A DNA stretch of 55,627 bases, counting the filler, from Sphacelaria rigidula (Eukaryota), in the NCBI GenBank assembly GCA_964200075.2. It is 6 parts of 6 records of this genome, joined end to end, with 100 filler letters (N's around TTAATTAATTAA, not from the genome) between each part and the next. Parts side by side here need not be neighbours in the genome. Positions count along the whole stretch, not along the records: positions 27,865 to 37,052 come from CAXNAA020009098.1; positions 37,153 to 46,340 come from CAXNAA020009099.1; positions 46,441 to 55,627 come from CAXNAA020009100.1; 3 more parts are not named here. One strand, written 5' to 3'. The notes beneath the pieces were generated by a model. The model was not told the DNA's origin, searched no databases, and saw nothing but the letters and a program-made list of their open reading frames with translations. This document shows positions 36,751-48,372 of the stretch, piece after piece. Made by a program: the position numbers and the translations under genes. The stretch's first letter is position 1. Every line of letters starts with the position of its first letter.

Positions 36751-37052
36751 TTACGCCCCAAAAGAGAGATAGGCGGAGTTTGACACCTTGGAATGACTAG
36801 CTCTACTAGTTGAGGCGGTTCCTGGACATGTTCCCGTTTTCCGGTGGCCGAAGTTTTTTTTTACGGCCAAACAACGATTTTTGTCGAAGATGGATAAAAA
36901 ACAGTCAGATCTAGAAAAAATCGCCACTTTTATCTGGACTCGACTGTTTTTCACCGTTCTTGGACAAAAATTCTTGTTTGGCCAAAATGAAAACTGCGGC
37001 CACCGGAAAACGAGAAGATGTGCTGGAACCGCCTCTACTAGTAGAGCAAGTC
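36751..37052. mobile_element. Foldback/palindromic element truncated by the contig end
   Basis: GACTAGCTCTACTAGT...TTTTCCGGTGGCCG (36796 onward) mirrors CGGCCACCGGAAAA...ACTAGTAGAGCAAGTC (ending 37052); centre ~36920. Confidence 0.75.
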
Positions 37053-37152
37053 NNNNNNNNNNNNNNNNNNNNNNNNNNNNNNNNNNNNNNNNNNNNTTAA
37101 TTAATTAANNNNNNNNNNNNNNNNNNNNNNNNNNNNNNNNNNNNNNNNNNNN
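37053..37152. other. Artificial contig linker
   Basis: N44-TTAATTAATTAA-N44. Confidence 0.99.
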
Positions 37153-37399
37153 CATTTCTCCTCCAAACAAAGAGGGTACCCAGGTTTGTCGCTAATGCAC
37201 CATGGTATACCCTACTGTGACGTTTGCCCAAAAAAAACTGTCCGTTTTAGGTCGCTGGCCACTTCATTACTGCACCCTCTGCTGATGCGATTGGTTTAGG
37301 ACCACCGGAATTCAATAAAAGATAATGCCAACATTACCACACATCTATGTATCGTAGTACTGACGAGGGGTGAGGCCCAAAAGGATTAACGCCTGCTGT

Positions 37400-37760
37400 T
37401 CATCAAACGGGAAAACGAAAAGCTCACACTTGCGCAGGCCTGCTTGTTGTCAACTTCTTGCAGGGCAGGTCACGCACAGGGAAAGGATTGTTTTGACTGC
37501 ACCAGGTGAACAACTGTATTGTACCGCACAAAATATCCCTGAGCGAAGCGAGGCAAGGGATAGCGTCGCGGTGGCTGCCCGAATAGATCATGATACCCAA
37601 CCCAGACTACAGTCGGCGACGATTCCACCCTACTACCAGGGTGGGTCATTGGGGTCTCCCTTTCCTTTTTCAAGTAACAGCAATGCTGACTCAACAGCTG
37701 AGTCACCTCGGCGATCAAAATATAAAGTTTGAACTTTTTGGGACGCAACATTGAGTACCC
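37400..37760 (-). pseudogene. Probable decayed hAT transposase C-terminal dimerisation domain
   Basis: Across frameshifts YLKKE...SPTVVW...RYPLPRFAQGYF...SKQSF...DLPCKKL...ELFVF resembles YL..E..DPLxWW..YPxLAxLAxxYL..SERxFS.AG..KKR..ELLVF. Confidence 0.45.
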
Positions 37761-38019
37761 TCTGATCATCGCACTTCTCATCATTGAATTTCTTCGAGAA
37801 ACTCGACGTCGCGAAACTGAAAAACTGACCGCGGGGTGATTTACTTCGTCCACGTACGGTAGCTGGACTCGTGGCTGCTACGGCTCAGCTACTGTAGTAC
37901 ACAACACACAACAGTCAGGCGGATTCAAGAGACGGCGTTTGAGCCAGTCTCGCGCACTGAATAAAGTTCGAAAAAAAGGATGCTTTGTCAATCATCCAGA
38001 AGGGGCAGGAGGGAGGGAG

Positions 38020-38144
38020 GGAGGGGGGGGGGGGGTGCCGTCGTGTGTTGGGTGTCTTCTAGATGTGGGCAGCGTTGAAGAAAGAATGGGGCGATGGTAA
38101 CCGGTTCTTGGTAATATGAGGGATGTGGTTTGAAGGTGGGAGTG

Positions 38145-38182
<38 letters not shown>

Positions 38183-38345
38183 GCCGTCGTGACATGGGCA
38201 TTCACTAGAGGTGGGAACCGTTGAAGAAAGAACGGGTCGATTGTAACCGGTTCTTGGAAACCCTAGTATACGCTTACCGGTTCCGGTTCTTTTTTGTTTC
38301 CCTTTCTTCCCGGTAAAACCGGTTCGCCGGTTCGCCGGTTTAACC
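38020..38345. repeat. G-run-anchored tandem duplication (with G33 run) followed by a cluster of (A)ACCGGTT motifs
   Basis: GGGGTGCCGTCGTG...GTTGAAGAAAGAA...TAACCGGTTCTTGG twice; repeated CCGGTT motifs to ~38340. Confidence 0.7.
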
Positions 38346-40055
38346 TGGAAAGGATGCGTTATTCCGGCGGTTAAACCTTGCAATGATTTTGAGTGGATAT
38401 GGTGCCGTAGTGGAGGGTTTCTTGATTCGTACCTAAGCCAGGGACGTTTGATTCGACTCTCACCAGCATGATCTCCCACAAAGAGGAGTTAACTACTGGT
38501 GCTTGAGTGACAATGTGACACAGAGTAACGTAAGACTGTACGTTTTTTACGCAAAGCAAGTGGGCGTGGATTTCTGTTTACTCTGAAGGTCTGCTTTAGT
38601 TTCCTCACGGAGAGTGCCATCATGATGTTTAGCGTACACAGGAAGTCCGGTCTGGCCCTCTGTGTTTTTTCTCGATAAAATCTGATGTGATGTCTTGTCG
38701 CCTATCGACCTCGTACGATTTTTACGTCATCGTTCATCCTGTGGGCCAAAATTTCCCAGGGAGAAGGCGCGATCGTGCGGTTGGCGTGGTTTGCAGCGTC
38801 TAGGGTGGGTTTTCCGTTGTACCCTGGTTTCGTAGTTTTTAGACACCGAGGCGTTGCATGTTTTCCATGCAAAGTTGACTGAGAGCATTACCCCTGCTCC
38901 TCCCTCCTGTATTGGGGCATTGGGTTTCAGGGGCGGGCGGGGTGTGGGGCGCAGAATTTTCCCTTTTGGCACCGGATGTTGGCTTGCACGCTACAGCTCA
39001 CCCCGGAGATGTGTCGCACGGACAAGAGTAGTCTTTCGTTTTAATGTCTCATTGATTTGTTCATGCCAGTTTCAAGTTTCGAATAGCAGCTGTTGAAGCA
39101 ATCACCAACGCCATTTCCTATCAAGCATTGAAATTGTTGTCACCAGCCACTGTGCTGTTCGTTGGACAGATGTTGCACAGGTGCGGAGGTGTGAGATTGA
39201 ACCTTGCCGTCACCGGCAATGTCAATCACCCACCACATACGAAACACACAACGACGCCTATTTACCTGCGCTTCAATGATTTGAAGGCGTTTTCCCTTGC
39301 TCATCACGTTGAATCGATTATCAGTGAACCGACTGAGAAAAACGATATAACCCCTCTTTATTATTCCGATAATAACGCCTCCTATCCGGTGACCGTTTTG
39401 TTTTTGGTTGCCGGTGCCCACCTCTAGCAATGACACCCCTACTTGAAACAGCTGGGAGTATTTCCGCCGTGGCTGCAGCCTGCGCCAGGCTTGCCAGCGG
39501 CGGCCGCTGGTTGCCGCCGTCGCACGCTGATGCCAGTGCCAAAAAAGGCGGTGACCTTGCTGCGCGACTGAGGCAATGACAATCTTTCTGTGGTGGATAT
39601 CGAGGCTCTGTTCTCCTCGGATAGACACAAATTTAGCGCATGGAATGGAACTAAAGTGCCGGGATATGTGCACGGTGCACAATATGCCTCTTGCTGAAAT
39701 GCATGCTGACAGTGCCCTTGCACCGAACAGGTGATGCAGTCAGTGCACGCTGCACAGACAGGCAGGGATGACAGTACAACGCAAGTGTACAAACCAGAGC
39801 AGGGTGTAGAAACATGGGACAGACACAACACTCCCACAGAGATGAAGCCACCGTACACTGCACGCGACAGTCGGCAGTGTGCAGGGTGAATCAGTCGACG
39901 GCTAAAGCACAAGCACAAATCTTGACGCCGCGAGCGGCATCGACGTGAAAACACACGCCAGGCGTCCAGTGTGTTCACACTAACTATAGTAAAACAATAC
40001 AAACACAAAGCATGAAAACCAACCATGTGCAGTAGGAAGCGATCATTTCGTGACT

Positions 40056-40266
40056 AAACAAAATTCGACTCAACTATCGACGAGGGAAAGGGATGGCTGA
40101 AGCCTTCTCTCGATAAATTAAGGCAAGCACCACAGAAGGAAGATGGAGAATTGAAAAACAAAAATAAGAAACTCCAGTGTGACCTTCCTCCGGTGTGATC
40201 CCGGCTTCTGCGCCCACATATACGGAAAAATGAACAAAGCGCCCAGGATAAATCAGATGAAGACAC
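40056..40266 (+). mobile_element. SINE body fragment
   Basis: Diverged reverse complement of ~41085-41305. Confidence 0.7.
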
Positions 40267-41069
40267 GCAAATCGAGAGTCTGCCCATCCTGATTACAAGG
40301 ACGACATAAAAACTCCATTTTTTTCCAAAAACATGAAGAAGAAAAATGACAACAAGCGGTGCCGTATTGGCACGGGTGCAACGAACACCTCAGGCCAGGG
40401 ACAACGCGCAAAGGGACAACAGGTGACCCCGATATATCCTTGTTGTGATTCTTTCATTTTCCGCGCCTCGAATCTTGGATCTGTGACGCCATGGTTTTTG
40501 CGTTTGCGTTCAAGTTTCTCGTGGTCATTCCTTCCTGGGGTTTAATGCCGCCTTCAAACCCCGACCGAAGCGTACCTCCTCGAACCTCCTATTTTCTGTG
40601 TGGAACCACTTGCAAAGCTGCCCGTTATTTTGTGTGCCCGTAAATACTGCAATGCGCGACAGAGCACGATTTTCCCCCACGCGATGCCGTTTTGAGCCGA
40701 GGGTAAAATACTCTCTTCAAAAAGAGAAAAAAATGAAATTTGATTGAACTTTGCTCGAAGCGCCCAGAGAATCTCCACGGTCGTTCGCAGCTCCTCTGGC
40801 GTAGAAGCGTGTTGGTGCAAGTTGGGGTGCACTACATGCCGTCTTTGGTGGGCGGTTCAACATCGACGTTGTCGATGTCACGTGCATACAATGGGATTAG
40901 GAGCTTGTCGAAGCAGGCATTTCATCTAGAGCGGGGGCGGGAGGGGGGCGGGTTTACAGGGAAAAACAACAATAAAAAACGATACGAAAGTAATACAAGA
41001 TAAAATAAACCCCGGTCAACTCTGCACCGTGCCCGACTGTGCAGTACTTTTATCCGGTGTGTACACAGG

Positions 41070-41435
41070 TGTGTGTTGTGTGTTGTCGTCCCATTTATCC
41101 TGGGCACCAGTCTACACCTTTCGGTATATGTGGATGAATCAGCCGGGATCACACAGGAGCAAAGTCAACACAGGAGATTTTTCTTTTTTATTTGTTTTTA
41201 ATGCCCCACCTTCCTTCGGCGGTGCTTGCCTTTTTATTTTTTATGGCGAGAGGGGTTCAGCAGTCCCCTTCCCTCGTCGACCGTTAAGTCGTATTTTGTT
41301 TACCCATGATGCAGTCGCTCTCCACTGTTGAGCATGGTGTGAGAAAAAATTCCAGATCGCTCCGGGAATCGAACCCCCCCTACTCATCCGCCAGAAGGTC
41401 ACGAGATTACCAACTGAGCCACCGGGGCGACCGGG
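41070..41435 (-). mobile_element. Near-full-length tRNA-derived SINE
   Basis: Minus-strand head GCCCCGGTGGCTCAGTTGGTA (A box) ... GGTTCGATTCCCG (B box), ~250-bp body and (ACAAC/AC)-rich tail; at least four copies in the window. Confidence 0.85.
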
Positions 41436-41561
41436 TAGTTTTTATGATACTACTATAATACTGTACTGTGGTTTCAACATGAAAATCCATGCACCAGGTG
41501 AAGTCTGCAAAACCTCACTCCGTCCACACAAGATCATCATGTGTACGTTCCAAGTGCTCAC

Positions 41562-42224
41562 CTGCAGCGTACCACCCGTGAATGAGGCAGGCTCGGACGA
41601 TCGCCCGGCGTAGGGCTCACTGCTCACGGCGTCTACAAGTAAATCTAGGGGGGCTCGCGGGTTCAGAGCCAAGGTTCGCAGGAGACCACCCCCCTTGCTA
41701 TCTCCAGCAGGTGCTTCTGTTGATCCTGCTGGATTATTTTTTAGATACTTTTTCTCGGCCTCTCGACGCGCGCGGTTGTACAGCTCAAGCGTACACGGAA
41801 CTGCAGTAGCACCCTGCGACTCCTTTGGTGCTGGTGACATTCGACCATCGTCTCCTTGGCATACTGTTGGCGCTTGAGTATGGACAAGGGGGTGCTGGTG
41901 TTCATTTATGACGGTGGTCGTCAGCTGGGCCGTTAGCAGTTGTATGGCAGTCGCCGTATCTCGACTCAGTTCTGCCTTTAGCTTGCCTTCCGGCAGCGCC
42001 GAGAGAGCCGCGAGAAATATGCTCTCCATGTCTCCCTTTTCGTGTCCTGACAAACGGGTCGCTAACCCGGCCACAAACTTTCGCACCAGCTTCTGGCCAC
42101 CGGCATTCTTGTCTCGAGGATCGTGCTTTTTGGATTTGGATTCCCGTTTGTCCATGTTGTCACCATCAGCTTCAGACGGGTACTTCTGTGCCTTTCTTTT
42201 CTTCGACGACTTTCTCGCAGGCAT
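41562..42224 (-). CDS. Orphan exon-like ORF with a basic NLS-like N-terminus; product unknown
   Basis: ATG MPARKSSKKRKAQK... open to GGTLQ, ending at a consensus CAG|GTGAG donor (intron starts at 41561); 221 codons. Confidence 0.5.
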
Positions 42225-45200
42225 GGTCGTATGAATCTTCTCCACTCACGATTTGCCTTGATATCGCTCTCCCTGGGTGTAGCTGTGCCGCTGCGCTCAG
42301 GTAGCTGCAACAGCAGTAGTCGGCTCCCTGAGAACCGTAGACTGAAACCGGAGCACCCTCCAGCGCATATTCGTATCTGCGAATTTCCTTAAAAATGTAC
42401 TCAACTCTGAAAAGTTGCATATATTTTGGTTATATGAGCAGGACCATTTTTTCTATCTGCTATAGGGTACAGTAGTCACCTTTAGGAGAGGTGGACCGAT
42501 GTGCTCTACGAGAGCGTTGCTCCATCTTTCGATTGAATATCATATACTGTGGTTGTGGCAAGGTGGTACTATAGATCTCAGGCTGCCAAGGAGATGAATA
42601 TAATGGAAAACGACTAAAGTACACAACTTGGATTTAGTTTAATGTTGCAGCGACCGCTCCCCACGGTATAATGGCGAACTTGATCGGTTGAATTGACAGT
42701 TCACACCGCAGGCACACACAAAGATACCGTGATGGTATCGATTTGTAGCGCCTCGTTCGTGGCAGGCTTCCTGGCATACTCATTGGCTACCTTTGCAGGC
42801 GGCTATATTTGGCATCTTCACACCTTCCAGGAGTCCTACTTGTCTCTCGAAGTTTGGTCTAAAATGGACGATCCCGTTATCGCTTTGGGAGCCTCGGCCA
42901 TCGGGCTACAGGTGTGTTGTACGCCGTATGCCTCTCCATACTAGGCTCCTGCTTTGCTTGATAGTGTGCATGCTATGCTGTGCGTTGCCAGCAGATTTCG
43001 GGAGTGTTTGCATGTATGGTTTGATAAAGATTGGTGGTGATCAGGTGTTGATACATGCACGTCGATTTCATCATCATGGTAAAGTGCGCTTGTCACGAGG
43101 TGGTTGTGTTGTGGCAGGTGATTCAACCAAAACTCACACGCCTGTGCGTTTGAGAATTCTGCGAACAGTACCGAGCGTACTCCGTTTGGCAGCAGTCGAA
43201 TTACGCTTCACCCGTGTTGTTCGCGTCAGAGTCTTGTAAGCTTCGTGTAAGAAAGTGTGCCTTGACGGTTGCCTCGTTATGGGTGCAAGATCGGATCAAA
43301 ACATTCAAACACACATATTTCGGTGCGAATCTGAAGGTCCGCGCTAGCACTGGCTCTATTTCCATCTCGAATAATGAAGGTTCGAGCGGAGAGCGGAGGC
43401 ATTAGCGGTACTGTACTGTACAACAGTGCAATGTGTTCGTTGCGACCCATGGATGTAGTCGCTAAATACTGTTGTACTGGTATGTCAAGGACCGCTTGTG
43501 CCTGGGATGTATACTCATACTGTACTACATGGCAATTTTGTCGCGCAGTAGCGTTTCGCTGTTGTGTTACGTACTCGGCATGGAAGACAGACTACCGACG
43601 TCTGTTTGTCACGAGTCACACTCGTGCTAATCTTGGCCCACGGCATTTATGTTCTCAGATGGTTGACAACTTACGATACGTTTTATGGGTTGGGGTGGAT
43701 GGGCTGGGATCGGCCTTCCACAGATAGTGGTACTCAAAGTGAACAAAAAGATTTTCGCGCGAGGCGCGATTATAGCCGAGCCATGAAACATCGGCACTCG
43801 GCAAAAATCGAGGACCTGTCTGAAATCAAGGGAAGAACTATCACATGGGACATGTCCTGTTTCACTGCGCTGCAGCACAAACACACCTACGCCCTCTCTC
43901 ATGTGTTGTAGCTGTCACAACGCTGTGGTGTGTTGAGATATTGCGAGGACGGTTTAGTCTCCGCTGGAACGACCTGAGTTGCTTTGTTGTCATAGGGTTC
44001 GTCTCTAGAGAAAACAAAGACATTCGGCAGGTAGTGCTGTGTACACACTGATGAAAATTCCATGGTGTGTTGGCTGTTTCGTCCTCTGTCAAACGAGCAA
44101 GGCGCTGCCCACACCCATCATTTCTATGCTGTAGTTGTCGCTGTGATGTTGTGCATTTGAACACTCTACGACGAACATGGCGTGATATGCGCTGGAGAGT
44201 ACCTGAACAGTTGTACTGCTGCATGCTGTGTTTCGGTCTGCACATAATTGGGGTGGGATCAAAGTGCTGCCTATACGAAGTTGAAACAATCACATGGCGG
44301 CTGTGCAGCTGTCTGTTGCGTCTTCTTTGGTACATCAGTTGTAGTCGGCTGCTGTGATTGGGGAAGACACTCAAGGCGGGTGCGTGCAGGTCGGGGCAAA
44401 TAAGCTGAGCCAGCGCGGGACTGCTGTATTCTCAGCGATTGATGGTCACAGCTGTCTGTCTCGCAGCGGAGCAACATGTGGGCCAATCAAAGCTATTTTG
44501 CCATTCATATGTCACTCGTTTCTCTCATCTGATAGGTGAACGGTCGCCTCATTTTCGTATATTGAAGGGCTCTGATTGGTCGAAAAACCTTGCCACTCAT
44601 ATTTCTTGCCCCAATATGTGGGCCATGTGCCGGTTTTGGTTGTTTTGGGGTCTTTTGGACAAGGGGAGAACAATAGTAAGTTGGGGTCTGGCTGTGTCTG
44701 GTGGAGAACAGTAATTATTTTATTATTTTGTGAGGTGCAGGGGTTCGGTGTTTTTTTGTTTTGTTTTGTTTTGTTTTTTAACGAGGCAAATGTAATAGGT
44801 ACACTAGCAAGCCTTCACATCCACAAAAGTTTACATTGTCAAAAAGTGTACTGCTCACCATGGAATGTATTAATGTCTTCTTACGATAGACGCCGTAGTC
44901 GATTCTGTATGAAGTACACTTCTCGACAATTAAATATTTTGTCCAGAATGTGCAACCCTTACAACCTTGAACATTGTTGCACCCTCGTGTACGCTCTGCG
45001 GCCCGTGCCTTAGTACTTCAACTCTGTCCTCTCGGCGCTTTGTACTGTCTATTCTTTCAGTTTAGTGCGCGCGGTCTTTGACAGTGCGCTAGTATTGACC
45101 CGTTACGCTAATATCGACCGTTGCCGCTCTTCCTCCCTACCTCGTCGATGTCGTTGATCACCTTCGGCACCCACCACCTGCTCTCTCTGTTTTCGAAAAG

Positions 45201-46210
45201 GGGCTGCTCTTATCGTATATGTTACCGCGCTATCAAATCGCCACCGCGAGCTTCGGACCAGTCGGCGGCGCCAAGTTTGGACTGTGGGTGAGTCATTCTC
45301 CGGGCGCTGGTCTTAAGCCGTCGCTGATCGAGACCGAAAATTCATGCACCTCCCACAACCACTTTCTCGAATCTGATTCAACCCAGAGCGACCACCTCAA
45401 CCCTTGAGCGATCGCACGCAAACAGCCCTCCAGGAATGTACTTTTTTTGCTCATTGCGCGGAGTGCGAACCGATCACATCGGTATAGTAGATGGCATACC
45501 GACCGAGCATGAGCAACAAACCCCCCCCGCCAATCTATGACAACCAGCGTGCGCCTGTAGAAGCGTTCAAAAACTTGATGCAGCCGTCGTGTTCGCCCAT
45601 ACACTCGTGTGTGATTACTTGCTACCCGGTGACTAGCTCAGCACTGTTTTAAAGTAAATTACTTGATTTTAGTAAAACAGACGAACTTGAAATCTCCGAA
45701 CGCATCTGGGATCTCGTTGGAAGAGGCACGGGGCGGTCGGTCAAATTGCGACGAGAGAAAACAGGCACACCCGCCCGGGCAAGGGCTAGGCAAGCACGCG
45801 AAAACCGACTAACACAGCAATGTCTCTGTCATGTTAGTACATCCCCCTACCGGAGCAGCCGACGATGGGAGCGTGCGTAGCAGGTGGCGTAACGACCATC
45901 TAGGTTTGTGAGGTTACCAGAAACTACCCTTGGCGCATCAAGTATTTCCCGCTGTACTGTATGTAGTACAAACAAGTGGCGGATCCCTTGGTGAGCACAC
46001 GTGCCCATCGTTGAGAAGCGTGCTTTGGCTGCCCACTCCGATCATCCCGATGTATGTGGTCATGGCTAGCACGTTGCAGTAATGACAGGCAATGTGATCA
46101 CGGGCAAGGTGCTTGCTGTGAGATAAGTATCCCCAACACACCTCGCTCTTGCACTTGCATGGTGCCGGTCGCCACGTCTGGCTGTCACGGTGGTGAGTGA
46201 AGAGCTGCAC

Positions 46211-46340
46211 TGTGTTGTGTTGTGTGTGTTGACGTCCCATCAAATCTGGACGCCAGTCTACACCTTCCGGTATATGTTTGCGCACCAGCCAGGGTCACAC
46301 AGGAGGAAGGTCAACACAGGAGCTTTTTCTTTTTTATTTG
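46211..46340 (-). mobile_element. SINE 3' part truncated by the contig end
   Basis: TGTGTTG tail followed by CGTCCCAT...CCAGTCTACACCTTCCGGTATATGT...CACACAGGAGGAAGGTCAACACAGG. Confidence 0.8.
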
Positions 46341-46440
46341 NNNNNNNNNNNNNNNNNNNNNNNNNNNNNNNNNNNNNNNNNNNNTTAATTAATTAANNNN
46401 NNNNNNNNNNNNNNNNNNNNNNNNNNNNNNNNNNNNNNNN
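46341..46440. other. Artificial contig linker
   Basis: N44-TTAATTAATTAA-N44. Confidence 0.99.
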
Positions 46441-46545
46441 GGTAAAGGAAAGCACACGTGGAATTTTTTTTTGACTCACTTGAAGCGAATGATCAAATCC
46501 ACTCTCAATCGTATCATCTACTCTCAATCTCACGAAAAGACTGTT
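46441..46545 (-). mobile_element. Partial copy of the 33174-33471 AACA MITE
   Basis: Ends CTCAATCTCACGAAAAGACTGTT; reverse complement aligns to ~33174-33275. Confidence 0.75.
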
Positions 46546-46620
46546 TTCTCTTATGTACCCTTTTCCCTCTCGTGTTGCTGTAACTTTGATGCTGGAACTG
46601 CCCTGGTGTGATATCTTGGG

Positions 46621-46762
46621 CCGCTGCTGCTGCTGCGGCTGCTGATTATGATGCTGCTGCTGATGCGGCTGATTCGGGTGCGACTGCGGCTGCTGCTGAT
46701 GCTGACGATAATAATGATGATAACGAGGATGATGGTGATGATGATCACGGTTCTGCTGCTGT
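46621..46762. repeat. (CTG)/(ATG) trinucleotide microsatellite
   Basis: Directly visible. Confidence 0.9.
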
Positions 46763-46999
46763 GAAGTTTTCAGTCTTTTTGTTGTAGAATATAGGATAAC
46801 GTTAGTTCTTGTAGCCCTGTGGTAATATCCGCGCGTGCTGTTGTGTGCGATTGTAGAGTTGACGCGCTTCTTATTTTCGTGAAATTTCAACTTTCGCTTA
46901 TTATCTGTACTGATGCATGCAGCTGTAGGCTTGATCCATGAAGATCTACATACACTGTGGCTTGGACTCTTTCTCATTTTCCCGGCTGAACGGCACACT

Positions 47000-47780
47000 G
47001 TTTTGACTTTTGCCCCGGATGCTGTCAGAAGCGGCTCTGCGATCTTGATGGCTCCTCTCGGATTAATGTCCAGTGGGGATACTGCGGCTGATTATGCTGT
47101 GCCCATCCCCATGCATTCTCCGGATACCACCTCATTCGTGAGTGCTAACCCGATCCTTTTGTTGAAGGTTTTCGAGTTTCGAACAACCTGCATACTCATG
47201 TAGTATAACGTTCCATCATAGTTGCTAATCGGAATTTTACAATTTCCGAGGTCTGCGTAGAACGAAATATCCGAAAAAACGGCTGACACGCCCTTTGACA
47301 ATGCCTCTACGGGAGAAAACAGATGTCTCTCCAGATCTGGAACAATCACGGCAGGAAGCTGAACAGAACGCTGGATTCCTTCAGAATCAGTGACGATCGT
47401 GTTAATAACGCCTCTTCCCGTACCATGTAGGAGATGACGTCCAGCAGTAAGAACACTCATTGGTGCATCAAGCTTCACGTAATCGACCATTTCTCGTTTG
47501 ATATCCGGTAAACGCTGACCGTTCAAGAAATGTCCACTTGAGCCACTGTCAAGTACTGTGATGAAGCTCGGAGGCGTTGCAAGATATACTCTGTGCGGGT
47601 CTGCTCGTAGACCCTGGATTCCGTGACGCGTTGTTATCGCGTTTGCTACTGTCATTAGTTAGGGTTGTTCATCCGCGGCCGCAGGCCGCGTCGCCCCATC
47701 TTGATCAGTTACCGGCTTGCCTTGGTCTCTACCCTGGGCCATCATTACATTCTGCTCCTATGGCTGCCCTGCGGCTGTAC
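47000..47780 (-). mobile_element. Ty1/Copia retrotransposon fragment (aspartic protease plus decayed GAG-pre-integrase)
   Basis: VLDSGSSGHF, TAG...GTGRG and VIVPDLERHLFS match the Copia protease region; a frameshifted GH(I)NP-like remnant follows. Confidence 0.8.
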
Positions 47781-48049
47781 TGAGTAAGAGAGGCTTGTAG
47801 ATAAAACATGATGCTAAGCAAACACGTGAGTTCCTCATCAAGGGTCTGAACATGAATGAATCTAGTTTGTGATAGTCAAGGAAGGATAGCTAGGTCTGTG
47901 TGAGGTTGCCCACGTGGGAGCTTGGTGGGTTGGCACCATGGTATCTCCTGGCACTCATACTGAGAGACCCCAGCCACTGCATTAGCCTCTCCCTCTTTAT
48001 GACACTACCATCTTCAATAGCATTCTGTCGGGTGTACAATATTTGTCAG

Positions 48050-48372
48050 TGACATGTGAACCTGAAAGAAAGGAAAATCCCATGCTGTTTGATGGTGGAC
48101 GGGTATCGGTCACTGTTGCAGCTGAAGATGTTACCCCGAGTACGCGCACTACCAGCCAAAACAGCAGGCCCGCATGCGCTCGTACCGCGACAGTCGTGAT
48201 AACTGACCACGGGAAACGCGCAATCACCAAAACCACTACCCTCGCACAAACCAACCTCGTTGCAACAACTACCGAGGTCCCGCCCCCTCGTACGGGCCCC
48301 AGGCTCAGGGGTATGTTTACAACCCGCACGCTGCCCAACTGACTCATCAGTCACCTGGTAAAGCGTCGCAGG
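48050..48372 (+). promoter_or_regulatory. Candidate 5' LTR and primer-binding site of the downstream Gypsy element
   Basis: TGAC...GTCA ending at 48353, followed after 2 nt by TGGTAAAGCGTCGCAGG; no second LTR in the window to confirm. Confidence 0.3.

Noticed and set aside
41350-41435. Possible tRNA gene
   Set aside because: A and B boxes are present, but there is no convincing cloverleaf and it is fused to a multi-copy body and simple-repeat tail, so it is a SINE head
42693-45604. Many Cys/Val-rich short ORFs
   Set aside because: Explained by TG/CA-rich composition; no motifs or consistent splice structure
46393-46998. Gln/His-rich 201-aa ORF, and other ORFs running into N (27584, 36881, 46190)
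   Set aside because: They run through microsatellite, MITE or SINE sequence and end in the linker; artefacts
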